64,000 bases of DNA, from positions 90,413 through 154,412 of IMG/VR virus record IMGVR_UViG_3300001598_000033; one strand, 5' to 3'. The DNA is from a virus. Taxonomy: Duplodnaviria; Caudoviricetes. This document shows, piece by piece, positions 30,701 to 38,658 of the stretch. The translations under genes and the position numbers were made by a program. The notes under the pieces are model-generated. The model searched no databases, was not told the DNA's origin, and saw only the letters and a list, made by a program, of their open reading frames with translations. Positions within the stretch are counted from its first letter, which is position 1. Each line of letters opens with the position of its first letter.

Positions 30701-30965
30701 ATGAGGTTGCATGTTGAGGTTCGTATCCTAATACTCTCGCATCCTGTAAGATATTATTACGTTTTGTGGCATAAGGTAGTAATGTTTCATTTATATTCAT
30801 CGCTGTATTAGTATTCATAGATGATACTAAATAAGACATTACAGCCGATAATTGTGATGTATTAGAACCATCAGATACATCGAATCCAGCATTTGAAAAA
30901 AGATTTCTGGATTCTTCGAACAAATCATCAAAACTAAATGGAACTGTTTGTGTAGTTTTAGACAT
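27711..30965 (-). CDS. gp6: Baseplate wedge subunit
   Basis: FDVSDGSN, NETLLPYATKR, ARVLGY.P, GADEES..SI, NRLITKLDY, VWGGE. Confidence 0.85.
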   Translation of the reverse strand: MSKTTQTVPFSFDDLFEESRNLFSNAGFDVSDGSNTSQLSAVMSYLVSSMNTNTAMNINETLLPYATKRNNILQDARVLGYEPQHATSYQYKLTIKLGYNMIGYGKITIPKYTKFTSNDNTYVFIENNDLHNSKENGIVIDTGKFKVGDVEYDKRTLELEYNENNGYIKTAKTQDGFYVDNLKELHAMFERNRNIEIPVKEGEIIDYSIDPSSLEVTIGSITVNGQTTVRNYIDIPYTNVENDGINVYVSYYDSYGNYQEKIPYNKVSDYFFEKDSTYTGAVNHKFIRIDDIEMGTPRIYFKYAGLGEGVPFGSVVQISILKTKGSEGELNTSSEKYIFSLPNYDQMYDHKQTEAEYREETASDPTTIELNVFSGLELPELPCGVDTQPDYIKNIFADAQIIGCDLVLTGADEESSYSIQQNAPKVYNSANRLITKLDYKYACNRSPYVYDSSVWGGEDEFPKAPGHIWFSFMPEKSSTRQFISDNNNTEYQRTNNQLVYNYAEGDSTYQTQLRNEYYRKNYILNTEIKGYRAEKDENGTIVRKYSGVWGDLIDKCVPSLTFHHRHPIYMNFNYNFNILKYNIKDKTSNVHKKLFDALNACFCGDDSLHLENFDVEYFHTNIVKRLDYLISDLCGFTSTLETQLILNEKTLSTENWKSEYKDVYIPLGVPFEKYFTDDGFLDPSRLPSIDTENFINFTYDKIRNEVPSEYDGLYVGKYGDKDALRFSLVTGDLYTDWTNIIENTNKNKVLQSTDAEKDYSDINTKMFIAPIKIKMKCRYLLTQELKDFFDANGFVDIQLGFRLAPDNTKDESYNGIKCRVCVVNASGQYDTVIANDALVNGSAYIPNYEDRSKLRIRSNLITNQVGKILEIEFSRTCGYYYLNNTFNKDILIHLFVNGDHEGFKDASNGMRTNTLNENTELYNVFNANETAIYDDVNYIDVTYSNPRAYLYTSDKKYITTTEEDGSAMEINEETEIPANVVAKINSLLRSENYTTVNGTSNNRYITTEGYLVDTIEDVSDTDYYTGEIIRNYKESDYLYTPLTTDLFRQNVYLNVKYPSTNFKVIKNVVPRLNNVKFKNAVELY

Positions 30966-30968
30966 TCT

Positions 30969-31334
30969 TTACTCCAATAATGTTATAGATACAGAACCAT
31001 TCATTCCGGTATCTTTAAAGCGATATTTTATATTTGCTACTAATTTATTTTCTTTATTTTCTATAATATCTACATCATTAAAATCTATACGTGTTTCCCA
31101 AGCTACTAATGCTTCTCTAACAATTCGTTTTAATAATGTATGTGTAATATCATCATTTGGCGAAAATGGTATTTGCATAATTCTAGACCCAAATGTTGGT
31201 CTACCAGGCATTTTACCTTTATGAGTTAATAGTATATTAGTTATTGAATTTTTTATAGCACTTTCATCGAACACGGTGGTGTTGGGTTTCACAAAATCTT
31301 CATATAACTTATCAAAACTTGAAAATGTAGACAT
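30969..31334 (-). CDS. gp25: Baseplate wedge subunit
   Basis: AIKNSITNILLTHKG..P..PTFGS...WETRI. Confidence 0.9.
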   Translation of the reverse strand: MSTFSSFDKLYEDFVKPNTTVFDESAIKNSITNILLTHKGKMPGRPTFGSRIMQIPFSPNDDITHTLLKRIVREALVAWETRIDFNDVDIIENKENKLVANIKYRFKDTGMNGSVSITLLE

Positions 31335-31360
31335 TTTTATTCCTATAGGTTTTTATTTAA

Positions 31361-31372
31361 TATTTATAAATA
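31361..31372. promoter_or_regulatory. Overlapping divergent late promoters (palindrome TATTTATAAATA)
   Basis: Between divergent gp25 and gp13. Confidence 0.65.
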
Positions 31373-31397
31373 ATATAAAAATATTTTAGGATATAAA

Positions 31398-32129
31398 ATG
31401 GTTAAAAAAGTTATTGATACTGAATTAAAGTTAATTGCATACATAAGATCCCAATTAGGTGCGCCAATAATTGATATTGAAGTGAGTGATGAACAAATCT
31501 CTGAGATTATAAGTGATGTAGTACAGGAATTTACTGAAATAGCATATGGGTCATTAGAAGGAACTGTATGTGTAGATTTAAGGGGTAAAGGTGAATACCA
31601 AATGCCTAAGAATGTTACTAATATAATTAAAGTATCAAGAGGCAACGTATCCAACATATCGAATTTCAGTGCTAACTACGGTTCTAATTATGTTCCAGAC
31701 CTTTGGTCTCAGCAATTTTTCACAGCTTCGTTAGGTGGAGATATATTACCTAATGTAGCTCAGTTGAGTAACACTAGGGCAATGCTTGAAAAATACTTTG
31801 GAGATGATATTTACTTTAACTGGAATCCACATAAGAAGGTGTTACAGGTATTTGAACCATTTAAAGGTAGAGCTGTGATACATTTTGTTTATGAGTACTA
31901 TCCTGATGAAGAGGATATGATTTATGATCAAATGTGGGTGAAGAAAATGTGTATAGCGCGTACAAAATTTCTTTGGGGTTCTATTGTAGGTAAGTATTCT
32001 GCTAATCTTGTTGGTGGGGCTACAATTAACTACTCAGATCTAAAGTCAGAAGCTCAAACTGAAATAGATAACCTTAAGGAAGAATTAAAGGATCGTTGGG
32101 AAGATCCATGCCCTGTATTAATTTCGTAA
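31398..32129 (+). CDS. gp13: Neck protein
   Basis: LGAPIIDIEVSDEQI, WVKK, WG..VGKY, GGATIN, EAQTEI..LKEEL. Confidence 0.9.
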   Translation: MVKKVIDTELKLIAYIRSQLGAPIIDIEVSDEQISEIISDVVQEFTEIAYGSLEGTVCVDLRGKGEYQMPKNVTNIIKVSRGNVSNISNFSANYGSNYVPDLWSQQFFTASLGGDILPNVAQLSNTRAMLEKYFGDDIYFNWNPHKKVLQVFEPFKGRAVIHFVYEYYPDEEDMIYDQMWVKKMCIARTKFLWGSIVGKYSANLVGGATINYSDLKSEAQTEIDNLKEELKDRWEDPCPVLIS

Positions 32130-32144
32130 TTTAGTGGGATTAAA

Positions 32145-32933
32145 ATGACTATATTATATAATTATAAACATTATTTCGTTTATTTAATATGGAATAAAAT
32201 AAACAGAAAAATGTATATTGGATATAAATCAACAGATAAAGATCCGTATGATGTTATTGGTAAGTCATACTTTTCAAGTTCATCCAATAAAGAATTTATG
32301 AAAGATCAAAAAAATAACCCAAATAATTATAGATATAAAGTTTTAGCTGATTTCAAAACATCGGAAGAAGCTTTAGAACTTGAAATAAGTTTACATGAAA
32401 AGTACAACGTTGATATTAATGATAGGTTTTATAATCTTTCTAAACAGAGGAAAAATGGTTTCACAACAACAAACTATAAAGGATTGTGTGGTCCAGAAAA
32501 TGGAATGTTTGGAAGGAAACGAACAGAAGAGGAAAAGAAATTAATATCAGAAAAAACAAAAGAGGGTATGAGGAGAAACGGCATAACAAAAGAAAAAATG
32601 TGTGAAACATCTAAAGCTTTTTGGGAAACTCATGAGCATCTTAAAAGTATTTATGCTGAAAGAGCATCAAAACAATTTAAAGAGTTATGGACTGATCAAG
32701 AATTTATTGATAAAATGAAAAACAGAACTGTGAAGCCATATGCCAGGACAAGTGAGCAAAAGGAATTTATCACCAATCTGAGAAAAGAAGAAGCAAAGAA
32801 TGGAACAGGAGCTTATAAAAAATTAACTTGTCCCCATTGTGGAAAAATAACAAATACTGGAAATTACGCACAGTACCACGGTGACAAGTGTAAAAAAAGA
32901 CATATATGTCCAGCACCTGTATTAATAGGTTAA
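32145..32933 (+). mobile_element. Free-standing GIY-YIG (Seg-like) homing endonuclease
   Basis: FVYLIWNKINRKMYIG; YFSSS; FYNLS; NUMOD3-like NGMFGRKRTEEEKKLISE; C-terminal CPHCGK...HGDKC. Confidence 0.85.
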
Positions 32934-32949
32934 TTAACGGATTAACACT

Positions 32950-33270
32950 ATGAAAAACATAACGAAGGAAAATATTGACTTTAGAGAGCGACAAATTCGT
33001 TTGAATAATGAAAACGAAAAAGAAGACTCTATGCGCTACATGACATGGTTTGCATTAGTTGGTATGTTGATTTATCCTTCGTTATTGATAGCATGTGATA
33101 TATTTCATTTAAATGAGGCAATCACCCATTTAACTTCAATCGCTGAAATATATTTTATTTCTGTTAGTGGGTTAGTATCAGTATATTTTGGTTCTAATGC
33201 ATATTCTAAAAAGAGATCTAACCAACATCAATCAAACTATAATTCATATAATTCAGATTCAGAAAATTAA
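32950..33270 (+). CDS. Two-TM membrane protein (holin candidate)
   Basis: Two hydrophobic helices, YFGSNA, hydrophilic ends. Confidence 0.55.
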   Translation: MKNITKENIDFRERQIRLNNENEKEDSMRYMTWFALVGMLIYPSLLIACDIFHLNEAITHLTSIAEIYFISVSGLVSVYFGSNAYSKKRSNQHQSNYNSYNSDSEN

Positions 33271-33387
33271 TTATATTAATATTATTATATAAAATACTAT
33301 AAATAAAAATTGATTTTTAGATTGAAATATTATATAATTGATTCGTAATAATTTTTTTTTTGCTAGATCAAGAGATAGGAGAGAAAA

Positions 33388-33516
33388 ATGGCTTGTAATG
33401 GTAATTTCGTGGCTAAATATGACTGGCAGATTAACAAAGCAAAAACATTTATAGATCGTAAAAAGGCTTTTAAAAAGGGTTATAAGAAGCATAAAGGAAA
33501 AAATGATTTTTTATAA
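33388..33516 (+). CDS. 42-aa basic protein (not in the ORF track), possibly ArfA-like
   Basis: SD AGGAGA; MACNGNFVAKYDWQINKAKTFIDRKKAFKKGYKKHKGKNDFL; TATAAATA at 33298. Confidence 0.65.
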   Translation: MACNGNFVAKYDWQINKAKTFIDRKKAFKKGYKKHKGKNDFL

Positions 33517-33520
33517 AAAA

Positions 33521-33618
33521 AATAAAAAAAATAAAAAAAATTGAAAAAAAAGCTTGACTTTTGGATTACTTTATTATATAATATATTCATAAGAGATAGG
33601 AAATAAGAGGTAAAGAAG
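33521..33618 (+). promoter_or_regulatory. Early sigma70 promoter cassette (variant)
   Basis: A tracts, TTGACT(33554)-17 nt-TATAAT(33577), RBS GAGG. Confidence 0.85.
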
Positions 33619-33813
33619 ATGTTAGTAAAAGATTTAGTACAAAAAGTTATAGAAACATTAGGTGAAGATGATTTAAGAGTTATCTTTAAAATCAATGGAG
33701 ATTCTTACCGCTTAATGGATATCGAAGATAACCCAGTAGTAGGATGGATTGAAGTGGAAAGTTACTCTGATAAAATAACTGAATCAGACCGTGTTATATA
33801 CATCAACTATTAA
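33619..33813 (+). CDS. Small hypothetical early protein
   Basis: First ORF after the promoter. Confidence 0.65.
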   Translation: MLVKDLVQKVIETLGEDDLRVIFKINGDSYRLMDIEDNPVVGWIEVESYSDKITESDRVIYINY

Positions 33814-33825
33814 ATCTTAGAGGTA

Positions 33826-34065
33826 ATGAGAATGAAATTAAAAGATGCTGTAAAATTTATAAAACACAATGGTTGTTCTTGTAACGCAAGTGATATAGAA
33901 CATTTTGCAAGAATTGTTTTACGAGATGGTTTGACTGATGAACTAACAAGAGAAATTCTTGAAATCTATGGTAATAACGAAGTTCTAGATGTTAATGTAA
34001 TTGTTGAACTTGAAGGTCACGAACTTATGAACTACATTATTTACGATTTTTACTTGGATATTTAA
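33826..34065 (+). CDS. Hypothetical protein, tandem duplicate A
   Basis: MKLKDAVKF..HN.C.C...HFARIVL.DG...FYLDI. Confidence 0.7.
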   Translation: MRMKLKDAVKFIKHNGCSCNASDIEHFARIVLRDGLTDELTREILEIYGNNEVLDVNVIVELEGHELMNYIIYDFYLDI

Positions 34066-34075
34066 GGAAAAGAAA

Positions 34076-34324
34076 ATGAAATTGAAGGATGCTGTTAGAT
34101 TCGTTTGTCATAATGATTGCCCGTGCTATGATTACGATACCCAACATTTTGCAAAAGTTGTTTTGCAAGATGGTTCAACAGAAGAAATGTTCTTATATAC
34201 AACAAAGGAAATACTTAATAAGTACGGCGATGCAAACGTTTTAAAGGTGAATGTAAGCGTTACCATTGAAGGTGATAATGAACTTAACGATTATATAGTT
34301 TATGAATTTTATTTAGATATTTAA
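34076..34324 (+). CDS. Hypothetical protein, tandem duplicate B
   Basis: MKLKDAVRF..HN.C.C...HFAKVVL.DG...FYLDI. Confidence 0.7.
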   Translation: MKLKDAVRFVCHNDCPCYDYDTQHFAKVVLQDGSTEEMFLYTTKEILNKYGDANVLKVNVSVTIEGDNELNDYIVYEFYLDI

Positions 34325-34363
34325 GGAATAAGGAAATAAGAAAAAAATTAAAAGCCTGGGGTA

Positions 34364-34567
34364 ATGGAAATGTTTAAAGAAGAATATTTTGGTAAAGATA
34401 AAGAAAACCGTAAAGCATATAGAGGTGCTAAATCCGTATCTAAATCTTGCAGGAGTCACGGAACTTGTGACTGGTGTAAAGCTAACAGACTTTACTCTAT
34501 TAATAAAAATATTGAAAAAACTGAAAGCGAAATGAAAATGACTAAAATGGGGTTAATGAATGAGTAA
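34364..34567 (+). CDS. Small Cys/His protein
   Basis: SCRSHGTCDWC motif. Confidence 0.6.
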   Translation: MEMFKEEYFGKDKENRKAYRGAKSVSKSCRSHGTCDWCKANRLYSINKNIEKTESEMKMTKMGLMNE

Positions 34568-34997
34568 AGACGAAAGATATATCAAAATATCCAAAGAAAT
34601 TGCTTCTTGGAGTAAAGACCCTAGCACTAAAGTTGGCGCTATCATTGTAGGTGATAAAGGTCAAATTGTATCACAAGGATATAACGGTTTTCCAAGAGGA
34701 TTTGAAGACACTATTGAACGTTATTCTAACAGGCCTATAAAATACAAATACATCATTCACGCTGAAGCTAATGCTATTTACAATGCTTTATATAATGGTG
34801 CAAATGTAGAAGGTTGTACTATATACGTTCACGGATTACCACCTTGTTTAGAATGTGCTAAAGCAATAGTTCAATCCGGAATTAAGAGAGTTGTTACTGA
34901 TAGTAAGCCAGATGAAAGATGGTTAAAATCCAATCAAGATGCTATGGATATTTTTAATGAAGCAAAAGTTGAATTTGAGTATTTGGATTGTGAATAA
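34560..34997 (+). CDS. cd: dCMP deaminase
   Basis: SKDPSTKVGA, GYNG, HAEANA, PCLEC. Confidence 0.95.
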   Translation: MSKDERYIKISKEIASWSKDPSTKVGAIIVGDKGQIVSQGYNGFPRGFEDTIERYSNRPIKYKYIIHAEANAIYNALYNGANVEGCTIYVHGLPPCLECAKAIVQSGIKRVVTDSKPDERWLKSNQDAMDIFNEAKVEFEYLDCE

Positions 34998-35007
34998 GGA
35001 CATAAAA

Positions 35008-35292
35008 ATGACCGTAGAGGAATTTGAAGAATTTGAAAAATCAATTAAGAGAATTGAAACAGGTATAACACTTTCAAAGTTTCTTAGTGAGTTAAAGGTA
35101 TGTAAAAATGATAGGGTTGTAATCTATGATGATTCAGATAATATGGCCTTTGATTCAGATGTCTTTGGTTTTGATGATCCCGAATTGTTTGGGTATAATG
35201 AGTATTGGGAGATGCTTGAAGAAACTATTTGCCGTGTTTCAGATGTTACCGAAAACGGTAAAAGATCAATTTTTATTTTTATGAGTTATTAA
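35008..35292 (+). CDS. Hypothetical protein
   Basis: Start moved to ATG 35008 (SD AAGGA). Confidence 0.6.
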   Translation: MTVEEFEEFEKSIKRIETGITLSKFLSELKVCKNDRVVIYDDSDNMAFDSDVFGFDDPELFGYNEYWEMLEETICRVSDVTENGKRSIFIFMSY

Positions 35293-35311
35293 AGTTTAGA
35301 GACTTTGAAAT

Positions 35312-35749
35312 ATGGAAATAAGTAAAGATGAATTGAAATTAGTTAAGTCTTATATTGGGAAATTACAAGATATACTATCTCAATGTGGCAATCCAGAACA
35401 TTATTTAGATTCAGATGAACTAAAAGAACTAGATAAGGATTATTCTTCGGTATGTAATCTTTTTAATAGATTATCAAGTGATGAAACCTTAGAAGATTTG
35501 AAAGAAGAAATTAAGTATCTTAATAACGAGAATGACACTCAATTTGATGTTATAGACGGACTGTATACAGCTATAATTTCCGTAGCATCGCACAATGAGA
35601 TAAGTGCAGGTCAATTCAATGTTTTATGTAAAGCATACGGAATGCTAGGTGGTGATACTTGGGAACCCGAAACTATTTTAGGAAAAGTTACTGTTACTGA
35701 TGTTAAAAACATCAAACCTGAGTATTTGAAATACTTTAAAAAGGCGTGA
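35312..35749 (+). CDS. Hypothetical protein
   Basis: Co-oriented ORF in the early island. Confidence 0.65.
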   Translation: MEISKDELKLVKSYIGKLQDILSQCGNPEHYLDSDELKELDKDYSSVCNLFNRLSSDETLEDLKEEIKYLNNENDTQFDVIDGLYTAIISVASHNEISAGQFNVLCKAYGMLGGDTWEPETILGKVTVTDVKNIKPEYLKYFKKA

Positions 35750-35758
35750 GTAAAAAAA

Positions 35759-35986
35759 ATGAAAATAGAAGTAATGGTCAGATGTATAAAAGATAATACA
35801 AGTGTATATAGTTGCAATGCTACATATCGTTCAGAAGGTAATATGCTTATTCAATCAGAAGTTGATGAACATCAAAAGCAATATCTTTTGAAAATGGCTT
35901 CTGATGCTCTATATACGACAAATATGCTATTAAGAAATCAAATTAAAATGGAACTCCCTGATAATAAAACAGTTGATGAAAGGTAA
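35759..35986 (+). CDS. Hypothetical protein
   Basis: Co-oriented, tightly packed ORF. Confidence 0.55.
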   Translation: MKIEVMVRCIKDNTSVYSCNATYRSEGNMLIQSEVDEHQKQYLLKMASDALYTTNMLLRNQIKMELPDNKTVDER

Positions 35987-35989
35987 ACT

Positions 35990-36199
35990 ATGGAAAGAAA
36001 ATTAGGAAGAGAAGAATTTTGTGAGAAAGGAAATCTTCATCAGCGTTATCTTTCTCGTGATATTGACGAAGTTATTAAAAATATTCTTGAAAATCCTTCA
36101 GAAGAGTTGATACATCAACTTATATACTATGTTGAATTAAGAACTTTAAGAACTTTCCAAAAACAGTTTAATTTTCTTGAAGAAACAAGTGAGGATTAA
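35990..36199 (+). CDS. Hypothetical protein
   Basis: SD AAGG; tightly packed. Confidence 0.6.
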   Translation: MERKLGREEFCEKGNLHQRYLSRDIDEVIKNILENPSEELIHQLIYYVELRTLRTFQKQFNFLEETSED

Positions 36200-36201
36200 A
36201 A

Positions 36202-36411
36202 ATGAATTTACAAATACCTTTTGAATTGCTTGGACATTATAAGTCTATTGTACTTAATACAGACGATACTTTCTATCAATTAACTGCATACTATCCAAGT
36301 TTTAATATCACTATAATTCTGAACAATCATGAAATAGAATCTTACAATTTTAAACTTGCTACTATTGATGGCAAGCGAAAAGTTAAAAAAATTTCTACCA
36401 TTGTTAATTGA
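36202..36411 (+). CDS. Hypothetical protein (possibly frameshifted at an A7 run)
   Basis: SD GAGGA; a shifted frame continues to TGA near 36472. Confidence 0.55.
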   Translation: MNLQIPFELLGHYKSIVLNTDDTFYQLTAYYPSFNITIILNNHEIESYNFKLATIDGKRKVKKISTIVN

Positions 36412-36510
36412 TTATTTTGAAAAACTTGGTTTTAATGATGTTTGCAAAATGAGAGAAAAATGGAAAATTTGATGAATAAGGACTTGTAATTAGAACTAAA
36501 GGAAATAAAA

Positions 36511-36711
36511 ATGAATGAAGAATTAAAAGAAAAATTAGAAAATCAAAAGTCTGAATTGTTAAATACAGTTAAAGAAGTTGAAAAGATTATTGATTTAATT
36601 AAAGAATCTAATACTTTGGATTTTGAAACTAGAACAAAGACAACTGCTTTTCTTGAAGGCTATATGAAAGCTTCAAAAGAACAGATTGAATGGCTTTATT
36701 TTATTCTTTAG
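36511..36711 (+). CDS. Hypothetical coiled-coil protein
   Basis: SD AAGGA. Confidence 0.6.
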   Translation: MNEELKEKLENQKSELLNTVKEVEKIIDLIKESNTLDFETRTKTTAFLEGYMKASKEQIEWLYFIL

Positions 36712-36729
36712 TAATTTTGGTGTTGAAGA

Positions 36730-36873
36730 ATGAAAATGTTAGGATTGACAGTAGGGTCAATTCTTATTGTCCTTACAATTTGTTTTTGTGAGTATAAAGA
36801 TACGTGTTGTTTTATGTGTGTTTTCTATGCTTGGTGTATGGTTTGGTATAGTTTGGACGCTAAGGATGATTAA
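36730..36873 (+). CDS. Small Cys-rich membrane protein (47 aa, not in the ORF track)
   Basis: MKMLGLTVGSILIVLTICFCEYKDTCCFMCVFYAWCMVWYSLDAKDD fills the gap exactly. Confidence 0.45.
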   Translation: MKMLGLTVGSILIVLTICFCEYKDTCCFMCVFYAWCMVWYSLDAKDD

Positions 36874-36875
36874 AA

Positions 36876-37121
36876 ATGAACATTTTAAAAGCTATCAAAG
36901 AATTTTTTTGTCCAAAGAAATATAATGGTTTTGAAATTGCAGAGATGAGGAAACATATCAAGTTTGACTACTACATAGAATCTTTAACTTTAATTTATAG
37001 TTCAAATAAACTCACGGAATCTGAAAAAGATAGACTTGTTAGTAAGCTTATTCATGGTTATACTCAAAACAAGTTTATTGATAAACGCACTTATGAGTAT
37101 CTTAAAAAGAAACTGATGTAG
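36876..37121 (+). CDS. Hypothetical protein
   Basis: SD AAGGA. Confidence 0.6.
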   Translation: MNILKAIKEFFCPKKYNGFEIAEMRKHIKFDYYIESLTLIYSSNKLTESEKDRLVSKLIHGYTQNKFIDKRTYEYLKKKLM

Positions 37122-37282
37122 ATGTGAGTTGCAAGAAAATAGGACTTAAAAACGTCTGAATTTACTAATGATGGTGTTATTTTAAATAATTTGTACTTAT
37201 ATAACATAAGTGAGAATATTATTAAGAATATAAATTAAATTATATATTAATAAATAATATAATAGAATAAAGGATTTTTTTT

Positions 37283-37951
37283 ATGGAATATTCAGTTATT
37301 TTTGCTTGTAGTGAAAATGGTGTGATAGGCAAAGACAATACCATACCATGGAAAATAAGCTTAGATATGAAACTATTTAAGAAGCTTACTGAAAATAATA
37401 TTGTTATTATGGGTAGGAAAACATATGAAAGTATAGGTCACCCTTTAAAAAACCGTATTAATATAATTGTTACTAAAAATCCCAATTATAATATTTCAGG
37501 ATGTACAGATAATGTGCTTATAGCAAATTCCTTACAAGAAGCATTAAAGGTTGCAGAACCTTTAGCATTAAAAGAATTTCTTGATGTTATGAATCACAAC
37601 AAGAAATTACTCAACGATACTTCTGTGAGTATATTTGACAAGATACCTAAAGATGTTCCACTACCTAAAAAGATTATGGTTATTGGTGGCAAAGGATTAA
37701 TTGAAGAAGCTTTACCAAATGCAGGGGCTGTGTATAAAACTACTGTATTAAAAACAATAAATGATGATAATACAGTTGCTTTATCAATGGATTCTTTAAA
37801 CTATATTGAAAGTACATTTAAGAGTGTATTTTCAGTTACATTTGATCCTGAGATGGATCCTGTATCCAATACAGAAGTAACAGCTAAATTCCAAATATTA
37901 GTTAGGTTTAATGAAGGTGCCGAAGTACCTGAAGAAGTTATATTAACCTAA
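37283..37951 (+). CDS. frd: Dihydrofolate reductase (with a ~35-aa insertion)
   Basis: NGVIG..NTIPW, D...FKKLT, VIMGRKTYESI, PLKNRINI, VIGG. Confidence 0.92.
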   Translation: MEYSVIFACSENGVIGKDNTIPWKISLDMKLFKKLTENNIVIMGRKTYESIGHPLKNRINIIVTKNPNYNISGCTDNVLIANSLQEALKVAEPLALKEFLDVMNHNKKLLNDTSVSIFDKIPKDVPLPKKIMVIGGKGLIEEALPNAGAVYKTTVLKTINDDNTVALSMDSLNYIESTFKSVFSVTFDPEMDPVSNTEVTAKFQILVRFNEGAEVPEEVILT

Positions 37952-37964
37952 ATAATCTAAACTA

Positions 37965-38567
37965 TTATACATAAGGGCTGTATGGTTTTGTTTTGTTATT
38001 TTTACCACATTCGCATTCGCAGTCCTTATCACAACCACATTCACAAGTACTTTCCAATTGAGATTTAGGATATATATTAAATTCCTTTCTTTCTTCAGCA
38101 GTTAATCCTTCATGACTAATTTCAAACCATTCGTATTGTAAACTTAAAGTAAATGTGTTTAAAGTAGAAGGGTCGTTAGAACTTAAACTTATATCCGATA
38201 TATTTTCTATACGGCAATTTCTAAACCAAATAGTAAAAATTAAATTACCTTTATTATTATAAATTTCAGTATAATAATCAAACATTCTATTGGCAAAAGA
38301 ACCATTTGTAAATGATTTGGATTTTTGCATTTCCTTTATTATATGTTCATATATAGCGAAATCTTCATCACATAGTACTTCTACACTTAAACCATTAAAT
38401 GAAACACTATCATTTGGCATTAAAGCTTTCATACCTTGATTATAAGCATCTGGCAATGAAAAATTTACACCAGGTACTACTGCTGTTGTTAGGTACATAT
38501 GTATATTACCCAACTGAGGACTACCAGCAATAAAATTAGTATGCTGAGCATAATTCAATTGATTCAT
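37965..38567 (-). CDS. gp3: Tail terminator / tail completion protein (gp3-like) with a Cys-rich tail
   Basis: N.AQ.TNF, VPGVNF, VLCDEDF, FTLSLQY tube-fold pattern. Confidence 0.65.
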   Translation of the reverse strand: MNQLNYAQHTNFIAGSPQLGNIHMYLTTAVVPGVNFSLPDAYNQGMKALMPNDSVSFNGLSVEVLCDEDFAIYEHIIKEMQKSKSFTNGSFANRMFDYYTEIYNNKGNLIFTIWFRNCRIENISDISLSSNDPSTLNTFTLSLQYEWFEISHEGLTAEERKEFNIYPKSQLESTCECGCDKDCECECGKNNKTKPYSPYV

Positions 38568-38658
38568 TATTATTCCTTAATAACAGGTTAAATACTGTAT
38601 TTTATTTATTTTAAAATATTGTATAATATATTATATTTATTAAATAAAAGGATTTTAT

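Noticed and set aside
32106-32912. Group I intron in gp13 carrying the GIY-YIG gene
   Set aside because: Only 15 nt separate the gp13 stop from the endonuclease start, the ORF runs to the duplicated end, there is no evident room for a ribozyme core, and gp13 already has a complete terminus.
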